Source: an uncultured Actinomycetes bacterium
GTDB taxonomy: Bacteria > Actinomycetota > Actinomycetes > S36-B12 > UBA10799
DNA length: 64,000 nt
Direction: 5' to 3'
Assembly (NCBI GenBank): GCA_964547485.1
Contig: CAZJNU010000002.1
Location: forward strand, 33,771-97,770
Made by a program: the position numbers and the translations under genes. Shown piece by piece: positions 29,842-39,900 of the stretch (its first letter is position 1; every line of letters begins with the position of its first letter). Under the pieces are notes generated by a model. That model did not search any database, was not told where the DNA came from, and was given only the letters and a program-made list of their open reading frames with translations.

Positions 29842-30378
29842 GTGAGCCCATTCAAAGCCACCCCCGAGCCCTTCCCCTCCGACACCTTCGGTGATGTACT
29901 CGCTGCGAATGCGCGCTTCGCGGCCGAGTATCACGCTCCGGAATCACTCACCGGTCGGGCCGCGAAGGGGTTGGCGGTGGTGACCTGTATGGACTCAAGG
30001 GTGGATCCGCTAGAGATTCTCGGGATGGGCAGAGGCGACGTCAAGATCCTGCGCAATGCCGGGGCCCGGGTGACGGAGGACGTCCTGCGCACGCTGGCGC
30101 TGGCCTCCTACCTACTTGATGTCGACCGGATTCTGGTGATGCCGCATACGGACTGCCGGATGGCCAAGGGCGAGGAAGCGGATGTCCACGCCGCCATCTA
30201 TGAGAACTACGGAGTCGACACTCGCAGTATGGAATTCGCCATCTCCTCCGACCAGGTCACAACCCTGCGCCGAGATGTGGTCCGGATACGGGCCTTTCCG
30301 TTGTTGCCGACCTACGTGGTGGTGGGCGGAGCCATCTACAACGTGGCCTCGGGGGCACTGGAGCCCCAGGAGATCTAG
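29842..30378 (+). CDS. Beta-class carbonic anhydrase
   Basis: VVTCMDSRVDP and MPHTDCRM supply the zinc ligands. Confidence 0.88.
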   Translation: MSPFKATPEPFPSDTFGDVLAANARFAAEYHAPESLTGRAAKGLAVVTCMDSRVDPLEILGMGRGDVKILRNAGARVTEDVLRTLALASYLLDVDRILVMPHTDCRMAKGEEADVHAAIYENYGVDTRSMEFAISSDQVTTLRRDVVRIRAFPLLPTYVVVGGAIYNVASGALEPQEI

Positions 30379-30429
30379 CGAGCGACGGCGAGATCCGGTG
30401 CAGTACTCCCCGGTCTCCCAATCAATCGC

Positions 30430-31233
30430 TCAACCTAGCACCAGCCGATCCTGCAGGCGGCTGAGCGTCTCATCTGACAGGCCCAACCCACGCCGAAAGT
30501 ACTGATCGACGGTGCCGTGACTCTCCGCCACCCGTTCCAACGCAAGATCGAGGTAGTCGCCTCGCACTGTCACCAGATTTGCCACCGCCGCCGGATCACC
30601 CCCGGCCGCGACGAAGGCTGCCACCAGCTCGCCGATCATTTCGGGTTGCTGCTCATTTGAGCGCAAGTAGTCCGCGCGCACGTCAGCCTCGTCCATCCCC
30701 AGCCAGAGTTGTAGTACGGCGCTGGCCCAGCCGGTTCGATCCTTTCCAGCCGTGCAGTGGATCAACACCACGCCGGACGCGGGTTCGGCGATAATCTCGA
30801 ACGTGCGCCGGTAGGCACTTCGTGCCGAAGGCAGGTCGACCATGTCCCGGTAGGAGTTCAGCATGAACGACTCGGTGTCGTGGGCGCTGATCGTCTGCAA
30901 CTTGCCCTGGCCGAACAACCGCGAGAAGGCCGCGGCCGAGTCCGGGTTGTCGGCCAGCACATCGAGCCAGACTCCGGTTGCCCCAGCCGGCAGTTGGTAA
31001 CCGCCGCCAGCCCGTTCGGCGGACGATCGCAAGTCGACGGCGGTGCCGATTCCGATGCTGGCCAACAGCGCTTCGCCCTGGCTGCTCAGACCCTGCAGGT
31101 GCGAACTTCGAAACACGACCCCGGACGCGATCCGACCCCCGTCGGGCAACTCGTGACCCCCGACGTCTCGCATGTTCGGCACCGCCGACAATCCCGGTCC
31201 AGAAGTGGGGAGTGGCTCTGCGACCTCACCCAT
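30430..31233 (-). CDS. Tyrosine-protein phosphatase (Y_phosphatase3 family)
   Basis: The CX5R active site is HCTAGKDRTG. Its start shares one nucleotide with the stop of the upstream topoisomerase gene (TGATG). Confidence 0.85.
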   Translation of the reverse strand: MGEVAEPLPTSGPGLSAVPNMRDVGGHELPDGGRIASGVVFRSSHLQGLSSQGEALLASIGIGTAVDLRSSAERAGGGYQLPAGATGVWLDVLADNPDSAAAFSRLFGQGKLQTISAHDTESFMLNSYRDMVDLPSARSAYRRTFEIIAEPASGVVLIHCTAGKDRTGWASAVLQLWLGMDEADVRADYLRSNEQQPEMIGELVAAFVAAGGDPAAVANLVTVRGDYLDLALERVAESHGTVDQYFRRGLGLSDETLSRLQDRLVLG

Positions 31234-33371
31234 CAGGCGTCGATTCTGCCGCGGTCCAGGCTGGCCGCGCCGCTCACGATGAAATCCTTCCGCGGGGCGA
31301 CGTCGCTTCCCATCAGCAGATCGAACACCTCTGCGGCTGCCTCAGCGTCCGCGACAGTGATTCGCCGCAGTACCCGTTTGCTGGGGTCCAGCGTCGTCTC
31401 CCGCAGTTGCTTGGCGTCCATCTCCCCCAACCCCTTGTACCGCTGGATCGGATCCTTCACCCGGATCCCCGCCCTGGCGGCCGCCGCGAGCTCGCGCCTC
31501 ATCTCCTCGTCGCTGTAGGTGTATCGGACCTCGGCACCCCGCTTGCCAGGATGGATCAACTCCAACCGATGCAGTGGTGGTACGGCCGCATAGATCCGAC
31601 CGTCGTCGAGTAGCGGTCGCATGTAGCGATGGAACAGAGTCAGCAGCAGACACCGAATGTGTGCACCGTCAACATCTGCATCCGTCATCAGCGCAATCTT
31701 TCCGTAGCGCACAGCCTCCAAATCAAAACTTCGACCGGATCCGGCGCCGATCACCTGGATGATTGAGGCGCACTCGGCGTTCTTCAACATGTCGGCCACC
31801 GAGGCCTTCTGAACGTTCAGGATCTTGCCGCGAATCGGCAGCAGCGCCTGAAACTCACTGTTCCTGGCCATTTTGGCGGTGCCCAGCGCGCTGTCACCTT
31901 CGACGATGAACAACTCGCTGCGGTCTGTGTCTCCGCTGCGACAATCCGCGAGTTTCGCCGGCAGCGCAGAGGATTCCAACGCGTTCTTGCGTCGCTGCAC
32001 GTCTCGGGAGGTTCGCGCGGCGATCCGGGCCCGGGCGGCGTTGGCTATCTTCTCCAACGCGGCTTTCGCGGCCGCCTTGTCACCCCTCGGTGGGGTCGTG
32101 AACCACGCCTTCAGGTGCTTATTGACGATGTGCGAGACGATCCGAGACGCGGCCGGAGTGCCGAGCACCTCCTTCGTCTGGCCTTCGAACTGTGGTTCGG
32201 CGAGCCGCACCGTCACTACCGCGGTCAGACCCTCTGTGATGTCATCTCGGGTGACGTTGTCCTCACTGGCGCGCAGCACCTTGGCGGCCCGCAGCGCCTC
32301 GTTGGCGGTCTTGACCAGGGCGCGCTCAAAGCCGACCACATGCGTGCCCCCTTTCGGCGTCGCGATGATATTGACGAAGGACGACACACTTGCGTCGTAG
32401 TCAGACGTCCACCGCATCGCGATATCAACGCCCAACTCACGCTCGACCTCCTGTGAACTCAAGTGGCCCTTCGCATCGAGCACCGGCACCGTCTCGTGGA
32501 AGTGCCCCACCCCGGTCAATCGGATCACCCCGGTGATCGGATCGCCCTTGCTCAGGTAGTCGACGAACTCGGATAGCCCGCCCCTGAACCTGAACGACTC
32601 CTCTACGACAGCGTCGGGGTCTCTTTCATCCCGGACAGTGATGGCGAGCCCTGGCACCAGGAAGGCGGTCTGCCGAGCCCGCGCGCAGAGCTGTTGCCAG
32701 GAATAGTCGGCGTCTGCCGTGAACACCTGCGGATCTGCCCAGTAGCGAAGCCTGGTGCCGGTCCGGGTCTTGGGAACCCGGTCGCCAACCTGCAGCCCAC
32801 CCCGGCGGCTGAATTCCGCGCCGGGCCCGGGGCCATCGAAGACCCCCGGTACTCCCCGACGAAAAGACATCTTGTGCGTTCTGCCGGCGCGGTCGACCTC
32901 GACATCGAGTCGCTCGCTCAGGGCGTTGACCACGCTCGCGCCGACCCCATGCAGCCCACCGGCTGCGGCGTAGGAACCGCCGCCGAACTTTCCTCCTGCG
33001 TGCAACTTCGTCATCACGAGTTGCACGCCGGAAAGTTTGGTCTTGCTATCGATGTCGACCGGAATGCCTCGCCCGTTGTCGGACACCAGCACTGAGCGAT
33101 CTTCTGCCAGGACGACGTCGATCCGACTGCAATGCCCAGCCAGAGCTTCGTCGACAGCGTTATCGATGATCTCCCAGACGCAGTGCATCAGACCACGACC
33201 GTCAGTGGACCCGATGTACATACCGGGCCGCTTGCGGACCGCATCGAGGCCTTCAAGCACGGTGAGGTCCTTCACCGAGTAGCGGGCCTTGGTGGTGGTG
33301 ACAGCGGGTGGGGGCACGGGACGAATGTATCTTCCAGGCCCGTCAAGATCACTCATTGCCGAGCCGATCAT
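31233..33371 (-). CDS. parE: Type IIA topoisomerase subunit B (topoisomerase IV ParE / GyrB paralogue)
   Basis: 712 aa. The GHKL ATPase is EIIDNAVDEA, DNGRGIP, GGLHGVG. TOPRIM is ELFIVEGDSA, and MTDADVDGAHI is present. It lies in the conserved neighbourhood of the principal sigma factor. Confidence 0.9.
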   Translation of the reverse strand: MIGSAMSDLDGPGRYIRPVPPPAVTTTKARYSVKDLTVLEGLDAVRKRPGMYIGSTDGRGLMHCVWEIIDNAVDEALAGHCSRIDVVLAEDRSVLVSDNGRGIPVDIDSKTKLSGVQLVMTKLHAGGKFGGGSYAAAGGLHGVGASVVNALSERLDVEVDRAGRTHKMSFRRGVPGVFDGPGPGAEFSRRGGLQVGDRVPKTRTGTRLRYWADPQVFTADADYSWQQLCARARQTAFLVPGLAITVRDERDPDAVVEESFRFRGGLSEFVDYLSKGDPITGVIRLTGVGHFHETVPVLDAKGHLSSQEVERELGVDIAMRWTSDYDASVSSFVNIIATPKGGTHVVGFERALVKTANEALRAAKVLRASEDNVTRDDITEGLTAVVTVRLAEPQFEGQTKEVLGTPAASRIVSHIVNKHLKAWFTTPPRGDKAAAKAALEKIANAARARIAARTSRDVQRRKNALESSALPAKLADCRSGDTDRSELFIVEGDSALGTAKMARNSEFQALLPIRGKILNVQKASVADMLKNAECASIIQVIGAGSGRSFDLEAVRYGKIALMTDADVDGAHIRCLLLTLFHRYMRPLLDDGRIYAAVPPLHRLELIHPGKRGAEVRYTYSDEEMRRELAAAARAGIRVKDPIQRYKGLGEMDAKQLRETTLDPSKRVLRRITVADAEAAAEVFDLLMGSDVAPRKDFIVSGAASLDRGRIDA

Positions 33372-33498
33372 GTGAATGGATGTGCCTCCAACCCTGGTGA
33401 GGAGCGCGAGGCCGGCATGCGGGGTACGCTCAGGGCGAACCGCAGAAGTTCCCGAAATGTCGGAGGCATGTGAGACTGTTCAACATACGTCGCAGCAA

Positions 33499-33530
33499 CT
33501 GCGATCTTGATTGCAGTCAGCTGCGATCAA
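33499..33530. promoter_or_regulatory. Three copies of an 8-bp motif (CTGCGATC / GATTGCAG / CTGCGATC) upstream of the DUF7455-like gene
   Basis: Copies lie at 33499-33506 (CTGCGATC), 33509-33516 (GATTGCAG, the reverse complement with one mismatch) and 33521-33528 (CTGCGATC). They sit 27-56 nt upstream of ATG 33555. Confidence 0.35.
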
Positions 33531-33554
33531 CCGTTCGACGTCACGGAGGTAGCC

Positions 33555-33767
33555 ATGTCAACACTGACCCAGACCGCCCCTCTCACTGCGTCGGACCGCT
33601 GTGATCGATGCGGCGCTCAGGCGTACGTCCAAGTTGTGCTCGTCTCAGGCGGGGATCTGTTGTTCTGTGGGCATCATGCCCGCGAGCACCTTGCCAAACT
33701 GCGGCCACTGGCCGAGCGCATCAACGACTACACCCACACTCTCGCGGAGGTCAGCACCTCGGCGTAG
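33555..33767 (+). CDS. Small conserved actinobacterial Cys-containing protein (DUF7455-like)
   Basis: MSTLTQTAPLTASDRCDRCGAQAYVQVVLVSGGDLLFCGHHAREH. ATG 33555 follows GGAGG. Confidence 0.75.
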   Translation: MSTLTQTAPLTASDRCDRCGAQAYVQVVLVSGGDLLFCGHHAREHLAKLRPLAERINDYTHTLAEVSTSA

Positions 33768-33800
33768 CGGAGTTCCGCCACCCCGAACCGGTTACGCCTC

Positions 33801-34280
33801 GTGACATTCCTGGACCTGTTCGTCGGTGTTGCCTGCCTAGTCGGGATCGTGGGCACAATTGTCCCAGTCCTCCCGGGCACCCTGCTCTGTGCGGGTGCGG
33901 TCGCCTTGTGGGGGGTGGTCACAGGCGGCACCCCCGGCTGGGCGGCAGTCGTCGTCGCGGTGTTGCTGCTCGCCCTGACCACAGGGCTGAAGTACCTGAT
34001 ACCGGCACGCTGGCTCAAGGAGGACGGGGTTCCGTCCTGGGTTCTGATCGTCGGCGGCGTCGTGGGCGTCGTGGGATTCTTCGTGATTCCGGTGGTAGGA
34101 ATCATCGTGGGATTCATCGCCGGGATATTTCTCGCCGAACTGCTCCGGTTGCGGTCAGTTGCACGGGCCTGGCCCACCACCTGGACCGCGATGAAGGCGG
34201 CCGGACTCTCCTCGCTGATCGAACTCGCGGGCGCGCTCTTCATCACGGCCGGCTGGGTGGCAGCCGTCATCCTCCGCTGA
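33801..34280 (+). CDS. DUF456 family membrane protein
   Basis: 159 aa with four hydrophobic segments and an N-terminus GIVGTIVPVLPG typical of DUF456. Confidence 0.75.
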   Translation: MTFLDLFVGVACLVGIVGTIVPVLPGTLLCAGAVALWGVVTGGTPGWAAVVVAVLLLALTTGLKYLIPARWLKEDGVPSWVLIVGGVVGVVGFFVIPVVGIIVGFIAGIFLAELLRLRSVARAWPTTWTAMKAAGLSSLIELAGALFITAGWVAAVILR

Positions 34281-34335
34281 GCTGCCCCCGGCCGCTGTGC
34301 CCTGCGCCGGCGCCACTCACCCACTCAGTCGCCGG

Positions 34336-34557
34336 TCAGCCCCCGCTCTTGCGGCGGAACTGGCGGCTACCGCCAGCCTTGGCGTGTTCTCCGCCGGCCT
34401 TGGCGGAGCCCTCCAGATGAGCCTGACCAGCGTGCGCCTTGGCATTCTTCTTCGCCAGCGCCTCCCTCATCTGCTCCCTGGGGTCGAGGTTCTCGGGGTC
34501 CACCGGTGTTTCTTTCGAAGCGTCTGAGTCTTGCTGGCTCGTTTCGTTGTCAACCAT
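34336..34557 (-). CDS. DUF5302-like small hydrophilic protein
   Basis: 73 aa: ...REQMREALAKKNAKAHAGQAHLEGSAKAGGEHAKAGGSRQFRRKSGG. Confidence 0.7.
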   Translation of the reverse strand: MVDNETSQQDSDASKETPVDPENLDPREQMREALAKKNAKAHAGQAHLEGSAKAGGEHAKAGGSRQFRRKSGG

Positions 34558-34587
34558 GCCGCAAGGCTATACCCGGCTGCTCGGGCG

Positions 34588-36972
34588 CTACTTGCCGTCG
34601 ACCTGCACCGGCCCGATCATGTCGTCCGGATCTTCAGGGCCGTCAGGGGCCGAGGGAGTCTCGGGCGATGGAGTCTGGGGTGACGCACCGAGCTGTCCGT
34701 CAGCGTTGTCGGCTGGAACGTCCTCGGTACCCGGAACCGGGGTGGGCACCAATTCGCCGTCAACTGCCGGGCTCGCCCCCGCCCCGGTGACGAGGGCCGC
34801 TGGCGCCCCAACTGCCCCGGACGCCGTCGCAACACCGCTGACACGTCGCCAGCCGAGGTAGGCGACCGCGACGAGAACCAGCGCGAGGGCTCCGATCAGG
34901 CCCCAATTGACCGACTCCTGCTGCGGCTCGCTCGCCAGCTGGTAAACGTAGGCGACCCGGCCGGTGGCACCCGCAGGAGCTCCGTAGGGCATCGCGTCGG
35001 TGGTGCGCTTGTCTGTCGCCACCAGGTAGGCACGCGCAAATGCGGGTTGTTTGGAGGATTCCACCACTTGGGTGTAGATCTTCGAGGTGCCCTGCTGTTG
35101 AAGTTCGGAGGCCCCCTGGGACACGTCGGAGCTACCCTGCGCCAACTGACCGGTGCCGTCGGTCAACTGTTGCGCCCCGCTGCTGGCGTCGCCGAGACTG
35201 TCGGTGAGCTCGCCGGACCCCGAAGTCAACTGTTCGGCACCCGTGGTGGACTGTTGCGCGCCGACGGCCAACCTCTCGGCTGTCACCGCGGCCACGGTGA
35301 GCCCGGCCGTCAGCGCAATCAACCCCTCGTAAACACCTGGGGCCTGCGGATTGCCGCTTTGCAGCGCCGCCGAGACCTGGGCCAGGCCATCCTGAATCCC
35401 GACGACAGCGGTGTTGATCAACATCGCCCCGTCCGCCGCCTGAGTCGCACCGGCGGCGAAGAACTGAACCTTGGCGGTGGCGACGCCGTTGCTTTGGGCA
35501 GCCGTCATCCCGGCGGCGCCAGCATCGGCCACCAGTTGCATCGCCTGCTGGAGGTCGCTGCAGCCAGGCGGCGGTGGCAAGACAGCGCACAGCTGCGTCA
35601 TCCCCGCGATCAGACTCGCATTGGCTGCGAAACTCTTGGCCACGACAGTAGCGGCGGCGGCGCTGACCTCGGCCATCTCGGTGGCAGCGACGGCGGTGAG
35701 CGCATCGGCTAACTCGCGCAGTTTCGCATCCAGTTCAGCGCTGCCTGCCGCCGTCGCGCGTGCCACTTGATACAAGGTGGCACCGGGGGGCAGCGGGTTT
35801 ACCACGGGGTCACTCGGCGATCCGATGACCGCGGCGATCTTGCGAACTGCCTCGGCCAATGCCGCCGACGTCTCGACCGCAACCGGTAGACCTTTGGGAC
35901 CCGCCAAGGTGTCCAGGCCGGCGGTGAGTTGAGTCAGTCCGTCGCTGAGCCCGGAGAGTCCACTGGTCAGGCTGGAGGAGCCCTGTTGGGCGGCATTCAG
36001 GCCAGTGGCCAACTGCTGGGAACTGTCCTGCAAGGTCAGCAAGCCAGCAGTCAGCTGAGCTGTCCCCTGGGCGATCTTCAAGGTGGACTCGTCGATGTCG
36101 CCCAGCCCGTCGGCCAGGCTTCTGTTCCCCTTCAGCGTGTCATCCAGCATTCCGGTGGAGAACCCGACTGCAGCATCCTCACTTGAGGTGACCGGCACGA
36201 CCTCCATCCGCACCGGCGGAACCTGCAGAGAATCGGCGGCAATCCGCAGCTGATAGCGCTGCGTGTAGTCACCGAGGGGCGGATAGAGCACCAGGTTCCA
36301 GGTGGCCTGGGAGCGTCCTTCCCTGGTTGTCTCGAGCACGGCTCCTGGTGCCGAGAGCAACCGTTGGCCGGGCGCCAGCACGATCCGCAACGTGCCGGCG
36401 AACGGAGCGAACACCGGCTTCTTCTCCGAGTGTTCAACTCCCTGGGCGTCTTGGTAGGTGATGGTCTGGTCTTTCACCGTCGTGTTGGTGACGGTATAGG
36501 TGACCTGCATCTCACCAGCGCCCCCGGTCACCGCTTCGGGTGCCACAGCCTGGCCAGCCCGCTGGTACTCCGCATGCAGGGCCACCGGCAACGGCTTGCC
36601 GAACGTTGCCTGCGTGGTCACGGATCCGATCGGGCCCCCGACCGTGACGAGAGCGTCGGATCCGGTGGTCTTCGGGCTGCCGCGCTGACCGACGTAGGTG
36701 ATGTCGGTCGTCGACGTCGGATTCTTGTAGGTCTTCTCCGGGAGTCCCGTCGCCGAGAGCCGGTCGATCAGAGTGGCCGACGTCGGTAACCCAGACGGGC
36801 CCAGATCGGCCACGACCAATTCGTCGTTGACCAACCTGGCTGCTGGCGGATCCACCGCCGGATCAGCCGCCGACCTTGCCGAGGCTGGCGCGGTAACCGC
36901 CGGGACCAGCAGGGAAGCAACCAGTGGGGCAGCGATGAGCCGACCGGCTATCCGCCAGGGACGCGACCTCAT
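34588..36972 (-). CDS. Exported, C-terminally anchored protein with YhgE/Pip-type xxxLxxG heptad-repeat blocks
   Basis: Signal peptide MRSRPWRIAGRLIAAPLVASLLVPAVTAPASA. The heptad blocks are QLTAGLLTLQDSSQQLATGLNAAQQGSSSLTSGLSGLSDGLTQLTAGLDTLAG (nt 35902-36135) and AEQLTSGSGELTDSLGDASSGAQQLTDGTGQLAQGSSDVSQGASELQ (nt 35083-35340). The TM helix is WGLIGALALVLVAVAYLGW (nt 34843-34908). A Pro/Gly/Ala-rich tail follows. The start overlaps the MMPL stop (ATGA). Confidence 0.8.
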   Translation of the reverse strand: MRSRPWRIAGRLIAAPLVASLLVPAVTAPASARSAADPAVDPPAARLVNDELVVADLGPSGLPTSATLIDRLSATGLPEKTYKNPTSTTDITYVGQRGSPKTTGSDALVTVGGPIGSVTTQATFGKPLPVALHAEYQRAGQAVAPEAVTGGAGEMQVTYTVTNTTVKDQTITYQDAQGVEHSEKKPVFAPFAGTLRIVLAPGQRLLSAPGAVLETTREGRSQATWNLVLYPPLGDYTQRYQLRIAADSLQVPPVRMEVVPVTSSEDAAVGFSTGMLDDTLKGNRSLADGLGDIDESTLKIAQGTAQLTAGLLTLQDSSQQLATGLNAAQQGSSSLTSGLSGLSDGLTQLTAGLDTLAGPKGLPVAVETSAALAEAVRKIAAVIGSPSDPVVNPLPPGATLYQVARATAAGSAELDAKLRELADALTAVAATEMAEVSAAAATVVAKSFAANASLIAGMTQLCAVLPPPPGCSDLQQAMQLVADAGAAGMTAAQSNGVATAKVQFFAAGATQAADGAMLINTAVVGIQDGLAQVSAALQSGNPQAPGVYEGLIALTAGLTVAAVTAERLAVGAQQSTTGAEQLTSGSGELTDSLGDASSGAQQLTDGTGQLAQGSSDVSQGASELQQQGTSKIYTQVVESSKQPAFARAYLVATDKRTTDAMPYGAPAGATGRVAYVYQLASEPQQESVNWGLIGALALVLVAVAYLGWRRVSGVATASGAVGAPAALVTGAGASPAVDGELVPTPVPGTEDVPADNADGQLGASPQTPSPETPSAPDGPEDPDDMIGPVQVDGK

Positions 36973-39900
36973 GACCGACCGCCGACGGAGTCGCCGCTGG
37001 GCTCGCCGCCGACGTTCTCCCCTTCGCCGCCAGCCGAATCCGGCGGTGGCCGGAACCGTTGGTAAGGGTCACCCGTCGGCGGCGGACCTTCGCTCGGCTC
37101 CGCCAAACCGACACTCGAGAGCCGACTGGAGGTCGCTCCGACGGCCGGGCGGAGAGCGACAGAAGTCGACGCCTGGGGCGCTGCCGGCGGCAGCACCGGT
37201 GGCGCGGCCGAGGTCGGCGACCCCCGATGGCCGCGCCGCCGATCCGCACTGAACGTACGACCGACCGTCGCCACCAACAGCGCCAACAGCCCCGGCAGCA
37301 ACGCTGCGGAGAGGATCTGGCTCACACCCACACCCTGCCCTGACAGCGCAGCCACCGCGTCAGGAACCACTGCCATTCGGGCCACCACTAGCGCGATACC
37401 ACCGAAAGCGGCCGGGATCCAGATGGATCGAGCGCCCGCGACCAGGATGAGAACACCAGTGATCGCGACCGACCAAGCGAGCAGCCAACCGTTGGTCCGA
37501 TCGGGCGCGCCGGCCGCGCTGACAATTCCGGCGACGAATGCCATCAGAGCCGCACCTGCGACGAAACTCAGCGCCCGCGGCAAGGCGCCCCAATCCACTT
37601 CGCGTCTCTTCAACGGCAGCACCGCAATCAACCCGCCGCAGACCGCTGAAAGCGCTGCGGCCGGCAACAGGGCCGCCTCCGGGCCGGCGATCACAAAGGC
37701 GGAGGCGCAGGCTGCCACCACGCCAACTGCGGCCCAGAGCGCGGGGGCCCGGGGACTGCGGCGACCGCGGGGCTCGGTTGACTCGGCCATGATCGCCACC
37801 GCGTCCAGTGCCGCCGGGTCACCTTCGACGTGCATCTGCGGGAGCAGCCGGTCGAGCCACCCCGGTAGCCACCAGGTCCCCTTCTGCGCCAGCACCATGA
37901 TCGCGGGAACGAGCAGACACCTCACGATCGTGGCATCCACAAACACCGCGGTCGCCAAGCCAATCCCGAACATCTTCACGATCGCGTTATCCGACAACAC
38001 GAAACTGCCGAACACAACACACATAATCAATGCTGCCGACGTCACCACCTTGCCGGTGTCAGCTAGTCCCCGCCGAACCGAGACCGTCATGTCGCCCGTG
38101 CGCTCCCAGTGTTCCCGGAACGCGGTCAACAGGAACACCTCGTAGTCCATCGAGAGGCCGAAGAGGACTGCGAACATCATCATCGGCACATATGACTCGA
38201 TCGGTATCGGACCCTCCAGCCCGATGGCCTCTGCCCCCCAGCCCCATTGGAACACCGCCGTCACCACCCCATAGGCGGCAGCGATCGAGATCAGGTTCAT
38301 CAGCGCGGCTTTGAAGGGGATCAGCAGCGACCGGTAGGCCACCATCAGCAGCACGAACGAGAGCGAGACCACCCCGAGGATGAACCAGGGGGTGCGTTGG
38401 GCGATCAATTCGCTCAGATCAGTCGTCGCCGCTGTGACACCCCCCACATGCGCGGACATCCCCTGACCGGCCTCCGCCGCCGGCAACACCTCGGTCCGCA
38501 ACTGCTTGACCAATTCCTCGGTGCGGGGATCCGCACCACTCCACTCCGGGGTCACTCGGATGATCGACACGCCACCGTCGGTGCTCACCACGGCCGGGTC
38601 AGCGGCGACGATTCCCGGCGTTGCCAACAACGACGCCCGCAGCGCGACGAGTCGCGGGTCTTTCGTCCTGGGATCGCCACCGGTGGAGTCGGCGTTGGTG
38701 GTGGCGGGCTGGTCGGGGTTGTCCGCGGCCGGCGCCTCGGCGGGGGCATACATGCTGGTGACAATGGCCAGCGGCGCAGTGGCGCCCGGACCGAACGCCT
38801 CCGAGGTGAGGTCATAAGCCTGTCGGGCGGTTGTGTCCTTCGGCAGAATGCTGGCGTCTGTGTGGCCGAGGGTCAGCGTCAGGGTAGGTGCCGCCATCAG
38901 CAGCAACACCAGCGTGGAACCGACCGCGAACAGCCAGGGCCGGGCAGTCACGGCGTTGGCAAGTTTGGCCCAACGCGTCCTGTCCAATTCCCCGCTATCG
39001 CCGGTGTCGGCGCCACGATCCGCCTTGCGCATCACGCGGTGGCCGGACAACCCAAGCATCGCGGGTACGAACGTCACGGATGCCAGCACCGCGACCGCCA
39101 CAACAATTGCGGCGGCATAACCCAACCACGCCAGAAAGCTCAGGCCGGTCAGCGCCAGCCCGCAAACGGCAGCGATCAGCGTGCAGCCGGCGAAAATCAT
39201 CCCCGCGCCAGCGGTGCCAGAGGTACGCCCGACCGCGTCCGGCACCGAGAATCCCCGTCGCAGTAGCTGTCGATGCCGCGTGACCAGGAAGAGGGCGTAG
39301 TCGATGCCGACACCGAGTCCCAGCATCGTCCCCAGCGTCGGGGCGACATCTGGGATGAAGACGATCCGGTTCAGTAGGTGGACGATCGACAGTCCGATAC
39401 CGACCGCCAGGATCGCGTTGGCCAACGGGATTATCGTCGCCAGGAACCTACGCAACGTGAAGAACAGCACCAGCACCGCTGCCAGCAGACCCAGAATCTC
39501 CGACTCATGGGTACTGGGGCTGGACACCTGTCTGCCCAGGAAGCCGCCAAGCGCGACCTGGGTGGCCGTGCCCTCAGTCTGTTTCTCAGCCGTGGCGAGC
39601 AGTTCCTGCCCAACTTCCACCTTTGCGGCATCGCGCTCGTTCACGGTGACGTTGATCATCGCGGTGTGATGATCCGCCGACAACTGCCCGGGCACGTCCT
39701 TCGGGGTCGTGACGACGGTCACCGAAGAATTCTGCTGCAAGGCATCGCGGACTGAGTTCACCTGTTTTGCGCCGGGCCCCGCACCGAAATCGAGCGCGTC
39801 GTTGTGCAGCAGGATCGGGCTGGCGTCCGCGGCAGAGCCGGGGAAGGCTTGGCCGAGCAACTGCTGGGCGGCAGCACTATCGGTGCCCGAGAGCACGTAA

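Noticed and set aside
38247-39266. 339-aa plus-strand ORF inside the MMPL gene
   Set aside because: It is antisense to a transporter with clear MMPL motifs and gives an Arg/Gly/His-rich translation.
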